DNA of 64,000 bases. It comes from Octopus vulgaris. Taxonomy: Eukaryota. The notes beneath the pieces are model-generated. The model saw only the letters and a program-made list of their open reading frames with translations. It had not been told where the DNA came from and did not search any database. The stretch is from contig OX597824.1 in assembly GCA_951406725.2 (NCBI GenBank), positions 3,038,001 to 3,102,000 on the forward strand, in the 5' to 3' direction. Position numbers and translations under genes: made by a program. Below, piece by piece: positions 54,700 to 64,000 of the stretch (within the stretch, counting starts at the first letter, position 1; every line of letters begins with the position of its first letter).

Positions 54700-55737
54700 G
54701 GCACCACCACCACCATCAACAACAGTATCAGCATCATCATTAACAACTACAGCTATTTCGGTTACATTAACAAAAATGAACTGATTAAATTATTCATTAT
54801 ATCATCACCAGTGCCATAATCCTAATCTATATCCTTTCCCCTCCCTCTCTCCTTCCTCCTCCTCATCATCATCATCATCGTAACTATCGTCAATGCCACC
54901 ATCATCACCACTGCTATCTTCATTAGTATGTCATCGTCATCGTCATCGTCATCACACAAATGCCGCCGAGGTAGACTTTGCCTTTCATCCTTTCATTCGA
55001 AGTCGATAAAATAATTACCAGCAGTTGTACTCTGTAGTCGATTACATCGACCCCAGTGTACAGCTGGTACTTACTTTACAACAGGGTTTTTCCACAAAAT
55101 TGCGGCCCTTGTGGCAATATTTGGAACCATTATTATCACCATCACCGCCACCACCAACGTAGCCATTCTCTTCTATCTCCCCTCCTCCTCCTCCTCATAA
55201 TCATCATCATCATCATTTTCGTAATAATCACTAACACCATCACCACCACTACCGGCGACAGCAACAGCTTTATCGTCATAATCGTTGTCCCCTTCTGCCT
55301 CCTCCTCCCCCTCTTCCTCCTCCTGCTTCTCCTCCTCATCATCATCATCATCATCATCGTCGTTGTCGTCGTCGTCGTCATCATCATCATCACCAATACA
55401 AAGCAAAGAAAAAGCCGCACAACTTTTACAACTGTCATAGCAACAGACAGCCTCCACCACCACCACCACCACCACTGCTACTATGCTGCTGATGACGACG
55501 ATGACGATAGGCAGACACTTGTGAATTACATGCTGCTGCCACTGCTGCTGCTGCTGCTACTACTACTGTTGATACTGCTGCTGCTGCTGCCAACAACCGT
55601 TTATTAAGTCAGAAGGTCGCATTTTGTAGCCAACAGCGGCAAACGGGCACCACTGGCGCCAACACCACCACCACTGTCCACCACCACCACCACCACCACC
55701 GCCACCACACCACTAAAAACAACTACTACTGCTGCTA

Positions 55738-55769
<32 letters not shown>

Positions 55770-55955
55770 ACTACTACTACTATTACTACTACTACTATTC
55801 CTTCTACTACTTCTACTACTTCTACTTCTACTTCTACTACTACTACTTCTACTACTTCTACTTCTACTTCTACTACTACTACTTCTACTACTTCTACTTC
55901 TACTTCTACTACTACTACTTCTACTTCTACTACTACTGTTGCTGCTACTGCTACA

Positions 55956-56004
<49 letters not shown>

Positions 56005-57004
56005 TCATCTTTGACTATCACAGACTCATTCACCTCCGTTAACAACTTCCACCATAAGCCACCGCCGCCGCTGGCAGTCCTCAACGTCAGCACCGCCACC
56101 ATTGCTCTTAATAACAACTTCTACAACTAAACTCTTCAACACCATCGCCGACACAATCCAATCGCCACACCCATCACCAGCATAATGTGCACGCCGCCTC
56201 CGCTGTCACGGCGCCGCCGCTGTCAACAATACGCTCCACCTCAGTCGTATTCTCTGCTGCGCCGCCTCCTTCAACTACAACCAACACCGCGATAAACGAA
56301 AAAACTATCGTCCCCACCACCACCACGTTAATGTTCAACGATAATAAACACCACCACCGCCACCACCGCCACCACCGCCATCGTCATCTTCATCAACACC
56401 GCTGCCAACAACAATTACAGCCAGTCAACGCATCGCCGTGGTGGTGTGGAGCTACCTGGGGTTAAACCACATCAATAACAACCTTGACAACTTTCACTTT
56501 CCCCGCCACCCCCATCAGCAATATCATTCTGTTTCCTTCGCCGCCGACCCCCCCCCCCTGGCCCCCACCATCATTATCAATAATACCAACGCCAATGACA
56601 AACCCCCCGGCGCCACCTTCTACATCATTACCAACTTCCACCGCCATCAACTCGGTTGTCTTCACGATTATCCTACCCCCCCACCACCGCCGCCGCCGCC
56701 ACCTGCATCACCAGAAACATTGAGAACAACTTTTGGCGCTGCTACTGTCACCAAACCCACCACCATCAACGATAATAGACACAACCGCCACCACCACCAC
56801 CAATACTACTACTACTACCACCACCAAAACCACTCCCACAAGGTGCACTACAACACTGCAGACATCAACTCCTCACCACTACAAGCATAAACTTTACAAA
56901 CTACGAACACTACAGCCAAGACTGCTACAATCCTTACATCTACGAATACCACAACACTAATAACTGCAACTTCAAAAGACCACTACTACTACTACTACTA
57001 CTAC

Positions 57005-57051
<47 letters not shown>

Positions 57052-57308
57052 TTACTGCTGCTGCTGCTGCACTAAAACTACAACAGATTCTACATACAAC
57101 TACAACACTAACTTCTGAGACTCCTACCTGAAACAATTAACATTACTACTACTACTACTACTACATCCAATACTACAACTATTTCTGCTGCAACTGCTAC
57201 TCTTACTTGCACAGCCACCATTACCACCACCGCTACTAACACCGCAACCACCAAACGTCTTTAATACAACTCATACTACAATTCTGCTAACTGCAACTTT
57301 TAAAACTG

Positions 57309-57339
<31 letters not shown>

Positions 57340-57880
57340 CGCAACACCAGCGCTAGCAACAACACTATCACTTCCACCACAACTACTTACAGCACTACCA
57401 CCACTATCAACACCGATACCACTATCAACAACAACCACAACATCAGTTCGAATGCTACTACAACCTAAACCTATTCGGTCGCCACTACTAACACAACAAT
57501 AACAGTAACCAGTTGAACGCTACACCACTGACCTGCGCCGTTCCATCGCCAATAACACCAACTTTTAGTCTTCTACCACCAACACCAGCGCCACTAATTA
57601 CAGGTGTTTAGCATCATCACCAGCATCACCAACAACATCAACAGCAACGTGTTGCATTGCAACCACCAACGCTACCACCGTCACCACCGTCATCAACACT
57701 AATAACAACTTTTGATATTACTGCTACCATCACCATTACGAACTTTACAAGAACGAACACTAACTACCACCACCACCACCACCACTACGAACAACTTCCA
57801 TCAACAGCAGCAGCAGCAGCAGCAGCAGCAATAGCTGCAGCAGTAACCACAACAACAACAGCAACATCAAGCCTCACTGC
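54700..57880. repeat. ~3.2-kb cryptic trinucleotide low-complexity block (CAC/CAT/TAC/CAA/GCT)
   Basis: Continuous degenerate triplet tracts, C/A-rich and G-poor on the + strand, with stops in all frames. Confidence 0.85.
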
Positions 57881-57923
57881 TAGATGTGTTTTTAGTTGAC
57901 TTGAGTAATGTGACAGTGTAAAC

Positions 57924-58003
57924 ATGGCGGCGGGAATCGCACCTTTCAATCCAGGTACGTCAGTCGTACCTTCAACGCAAGTGGAAATATCTGTCTCGTG
58001 CCG
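57924..58003 (+). CDS. First coding exon of a copine (C2-C2-vWA; CPNE5/8/9-like)
   Basis: AAACATGG start context; MAAGIAPFNPGTSVVPSTQVEISVSC(R); then phase-2 donor CG|GTAAG at 58004. VEISVSCR is the first strand of the copine C2A domain. Next exon not found in the window. Confidence 0.8.
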
Positions 58004-58290
58004 GTAAGCCCTCGCTTTCTCCTTCCTTTATTCTTTCTTTCATTCATTTACGTTTCATCGATTATATTATTTCTTCGACAGATATTTCGTATCAATACTT
58101 TAAAAAGAAAAGAAAAAGAATGGAAAAAAAAAAAACCAGTCAATTTTCCATCAGTTTAAAAACAATAACAAAAGGATGATAATCGCAGAAACAAGAAAAG
58201 ATGGGAAAAAATAAACCGGTCAGAAAACTCAAAAAACAAGTGTTTTCTGAGCTTTTTGTTATATTCTCTAATTTGACTTCAATCATTACT

Positions 58291-58664
<374 letters not shown>

Positions 58665-59289
58665 CCTTGTTTTGTTAAGTTATTTGTCAAAATCGGTTGC
58701 GCAGTCGGGAAAAATATTTTTTTATGTGTTTCCTTTGGATCGTTATATTCCGTTGCACCCAAATTTACCAATTTCTCTTTTCGAGAGATGTACCGGAAAG
58801 TACCAGTAATATACCCCCTCAAAATTGCTGGCCTTGTGCTTAAATGGTAAACAATTACATACAATTATTGCTTTGAATTGGAGGCTGGTAGAATAGTTAA
58901 GCCCCTGATAAAGAGATTCGATATATTACTATCAACAAGACAACCCCCCCCCCCAACACTTCGCAACCACCGCTACAAACACCAAACACCACCACCACCA
59001 CCATTTTGATTTACATACCTTGGTGTGTGTGCTTGTGCGTTTTGTTGTTGATTTTAATTGTCACACGTTTTTATGTTCGAATTCCGCTGGTGGCAAACTT
59101 GTATTTCATTCATTCTTTTATCTGTGAGGAGAAGGCGGTAAAATACGGAGTCAAATGTCAGGGATCGATATAATCGATGATCGCATCGATCACCCACTCG
59201 CACACCTCATCATTGTGACATTCTGCTTCTGCCATGGCTTTCGACACTCAATAAAACCACCACTTGGCTCTTTTGAAACTTGTCCTCGA

Positions 59290-59716
<427 letters not shown>

Positions 59717-60758
59717 AAAAGAAGCCAGCTCAGCAGCAGCAGCAGCCGTAGTATACCACGTTGTTGCACTGTGACAGACACCTGTTGGTGTTGGTGTTGG
59801 TGTCGGCGGTGTCATCAGCTGTGGCGGTAGTGGTATTGATGTTGATGCTATTGTTATTGTTGCCGTTGATTAACCCCAGGTAAACCCTGTTCGAGCGAAC
59901 AGACATTCAAAAGCATCATAGCTGTTTAGGAATTGGGTGCAACTAAAATAATGTCATGTGCTTTTCTCATTTAATACGACAGTGCGCGATTTCAGGGAAA
60001 TTTAGCTGTTATTTCTAATAGTTGAAGTGATCATACAGAGATTCCCTCGTTGACTCGTACTGCTTAGCGTGGACGTGTTGTGACGCTGTAGCTGTTGTGC
60101 TTCACCGTGTATCAGTAAGGTATAGGTTGTTGTTTTGTGCTGTTGTGACAGTTTCTATTTAAGAATGTTATGCCACCTCATCTTCTGCTATGCTCCGGAA
60201 TATTCTGCTGTGTTGTTGTGTTGCACTAATATAGTGTGATGTAATGCGCTTTGTTGTGGTACGTTCTTTTGTCTAGGGATACGGTTGTGTAGCGAAGAAT
60301 GTTGTTGTGTTATAATGTGTAGTGACATGTGGTGTAATGTTGTGCTGCAGCATTTTGCATTGTAGTGCTTTATGCTTTATGTTTTAGTATGTTACGTTGT
60401 GGTATGTGTCGCAGTGTTGTGTTAATATGTTGTGGTGTTATACGCTAAGTTGTGCTGTTTGTTGCACTGTGTCGTGATGTGTTGTGTGGTGTAGTGCGCT
60501 GTGGTTTGTTGTGATACGTTGCGGGGGTATTTCCCCTTGGTGATGTAGAAGCACCGTTGTGGTTTGTTGCGCTGTATTCTCTTGTGGTATGTCGAGAAGT
60601 GTTGTTGTCTGTTACGGTATTCATTGTGTGTGTTTTGGTAACATGTTGTAATGATATTGTGTTATGCTATTTCGTGTTGTCTTACGGAGTGTTATGTGAT
60701 GTGCTGGATTACAGACATTGATTATATGCATGTGTCTGTTTACGGGTACATGCACATA

Positions 60759-60789
<31 letters not shown>

Positions 60790-61279
60790 CGCTATTTCCG
60801 TATTGAGGAATTTCCTCAAGTTCGAGGTAGTTGTCCGTAGTTACCTTCTTTCAATCTGTCGTCTTTTACTTCCTCACTCTCGCTTGCTGTTGTTTGTGTA
60901 CAGAGAAACGAGCGAATAGGTACGCACACACACACAATCACATATATATGTATGTAAGAAAGTGAGGATATATGGATGGATGGATGGATGGATGGATGGA
61001 TGGATGGAGGGACGGGTGTGTTGTGCGTTCGTGTTTGCTTTCGTCATACTAAAAGAAAACACTTTCCCTTTCTACCTATCGATGTTATGTTTGTTTCAGA
61101 CTGTACACAGGTACCTAAGTATACTCTTTATGTAGAATTTGTCATGCATGTAACTAGGTATAAGTATATGGATCGTATGTGACAGGAAATGAGGTTTATA
61201 CGACTTCAGTTTCCTACACAAACGTATCTTTTTATCCTTCAGTACATCTATGGAAACGTGCACACACGAACACACACAC

Positions 61280-61310
<31 letters not shown>

Positions 61311-62701
61311 TTCGTGTGCTTGTATATGTCTGTGTTTTCTGTTTGTAATGTATATAATATATAACAGTGGCATCCTTAGTTTTTCAATAAAATTAAAGTC
61401 TTTGTTGGTTTAACCGAAGATTTAAACGGTGAACAATATTTACAGTTGACAAAAAACAAATTTATCTGAAAGAGAATAAAATATATGAGCATTCATTTCT
61501 CTCCTTCATTCATCCTTTGTTCGCTCCTCTCTCTTTATCTATCTCTGTCTTTCGTTTTCGTTCTCTTTCCCTTACATTACATACACACGCACGCGCGCAT
61601 TTGGAAACATAAAGAAATAAATAAAAGTGAAACTAGAAATTTGTTTATTTTTTATCGTAACGTAAATATTGCGTATGTCGTTGTGAAATGTAGAATTTAA
61701 ATAACTGTTTTATATTTGAAATATATCTTAGAAGCATAGAAACAAAAAATGAACAAAAAAAAAAAAGAAATCAAAGCTATGATGAAGAAATCGATGAATA
61801 TTTAAATTTAATTAGTTGAATTACAGCTCTTTTGATAGCTTTATTTATTTATTTTTTTTTGGTTATATTTTTACCTGTAAAATTCTAAAATAACAGAGTA
61901 ATTACTTTCATTATCTTTCTAATTTTTAAAATAGATTTTTCTCTTGTCTGTTTGCTTTCATTAACAATCAGATAACCTTCAATTGAAGGCGTTCCTTTTG
62001 TGACCATCACATCTCCCAAGCATATATGAGCCATAGTGTACAAGTATACACACACTCACAGACACACACACACACACACATGCATATATTCTTTTATTTT
62101 AAAAGATTGTTTTTATATTTTCAGTTCAGAAAAAGAGAGAGAGAGAATGAGAGAGAGGGGGAGAGAAAGAGACATATACACAGAGACAAAGAAAGAAAGA
62201 GGGTGAATGTTGGATAGATAGACTGATACAGAGAGATAGGAACAATATATACAAATATAGATACATAGAAATATATATATATATTATATATATATATATG
62301 AGTTAGGTGATACTAATAACGTGGTATTTGGACTCGATATACATATAAGGTTGAGAAAAAAAAAGTTAACCGAGTGCAGAACGTAATAAGGGTTTTATAG
62401 AAATGAGAAGGGAGCAAGGGATTATGTGAGCAACTTCATTAGCTTACAGCTGTTTCTGCTATAAGAGGCAATGCACTTATAGTTGAGTGTTTGTGCTTCA
62501 CTTTATTGCTTCGTCGGCGCTTCAAAATGAAGTGCAATATTATTGGGGGAAGACATTTATACATATATAAATGTATATGTATATATACATACATGCATAT
62601 ATATATATATGTGTGTGTGTGCATGTGTGTATACATATATATATATATATGATACTCATCAACATCGATTGCTTTCCCACTGCTTGGAGCTCCGAGGAAG
62701 C

Positions 62702-62732
<31 letters not shown>

Positions 62733-63749
62733 GGGGGGGAGGGAGAGAGAGTCTCTCTTCTTTCTGCCTTTTGTCCATCTTCTATTTTTATCTAATCTCG
62801 TCTAAATCGTATGCTGTGATTAGAGGAAGATTTGGCTGCTACTCTTAGCATTTTATGCAATGCAACAAAATGGTGACTTCTCCGGTGAAACTCGGGGTAA
62901 CATTTTTATTGAGACTTGCTGATTTACAGACTTGAAGATGTACAATCGAGAATCAGGATATAAGACTGTTGGTATGATTTAAAGAGACTTGAGGCGGGGA
63001 AATGGCAGAATATTCAGCAAGCCTGGCAAAATGTTTTGCAGGATTCCATCTTGCTATTTAGGTTTTGAGTTCAAATTCCGGTTGGAATCGATAAAATAAA
63101 TGCTCGTTGAGTACTTGTGTCGATGTAAATGACTAGCCACTCACCTAATATTTCAGACTTGTGCCTATAAGAGAAAGAATTATTTAAAGGGGCAAAAAAG
63201 TGGCGAGCTGGCAGAAGTGTTCGAGCGTTTAACAAAATGCTTGGCAGCATCTTTTCCGACTCCATACGTTTTGAGTTCAAATTTCGCCGAAGAGAGTTTT
63301 ACCTTGCATCTTTTTTTTAGTGTCGATAAAATGATTACCAAGTGATGTAATAATCAACCATTCTACCGTCCACGAAGTTGCAAGCCTCCAGCCAAAATCC
63401 GAAACTTCTGTTTAAAGAGACAAACTATAAAATGATTTGCGTATAAAAATCATTTTCCAGGGTATTCTTCACTTTACTATTTATTTCGTTCAGCCATTGG
63501 ACTACGGCCAGTCTGGGGCATTCCCATGCACATTTTTAAACCTAGTAATTATTCCATGGGTTTCCTTTTGCCGAACCGCTAGGTTCGTAAATAAATCAAC
63601 GCCAGTTGTTAAGTGATGGTGGGGGAGAAATACAAACACCGTCACACAATCACACACATATATACCTACACAAACGCACACGAACACACACACACACACA
63701 CACACACAGATATGCATATGGAGCCACGTGAAAGGAAACACAAATAGTA

Positions 63750-64000
63750 AGTGTTGTTCCACAGGGCACTGTCTTAAATCCAGTGCAGTTCATAGCGGCC
63801 TTCTCAGCCTCTCAGACTTGCCCTCAGCTTTGCTCGGATAGCCACCCTTGCTAGCTATGCAGATAACACGAAAGTCTCTCAAAGGACACACTGGCCCAGG
63901 AGGAACTGCAATCTCTAAATCAAAATCAGTGCAGGATCTGGGCACTGACATGTGTAATGATGCAGCTTTCCAGTTGCATATTACTGATCAGGCATTAAAA
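63750..64000 (+). pseudogene. Degraded CR1/L2-type RT fragment running off the window end
   Basis: VPQGTVLNP...ASYADNTKV...VQDLGTDM..D..FQLHI. Confidence 0.65.

Noticed and set aside
55056-57899. Long mucin-like or Ser/Thr/Pro-rich ORFs
   Set aside because: Stops in all frames, no consistent frame, and SINE remnants inside; low-complexity DNA.

Overview
AT-rich, microsatellite-saturated metazoan DNA. The SINE and microsatellite content suggests a cephalopod, probably Octopus (inference). The only host coding sequence I can support is the first coding exon of a copine (CPNE5/8/9-like) gene at 57924-58003, so most of the window lies upstream of that gene. The rest is transposon debris: one young 5'-truncated CR1-type LINE with an open 535-aa RT frame; several R4/Dong-type restriction-like-endonuclease (RLE) retrotransposon pieces sitting in (TAA)n or (CATA)n arrays; RTE, Tc1 and maT (DD37D) fragments; Penelope-like element (PLE) RT and GIY-YIG relics; and many tRNA-derived SINEs. 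The most interesting signal is non-coding. A 473-bp unit is repeated three times, apparently identically (20138-21572), and is followed by an inverted fragment. Each unit carries a minus-strand type I hammerhead ribozyme motif and a chain of hairpins, the layout of a retrozyme or PLE pseudo-LTR that could produce a circular RNA. Several fold-back elements nearby carry variant hammerhead cores, including a G3:C8 swap. Nearly all short ORFs in the supplied track are microsatellite translations. All calls are by eye; no searches or folding were run.
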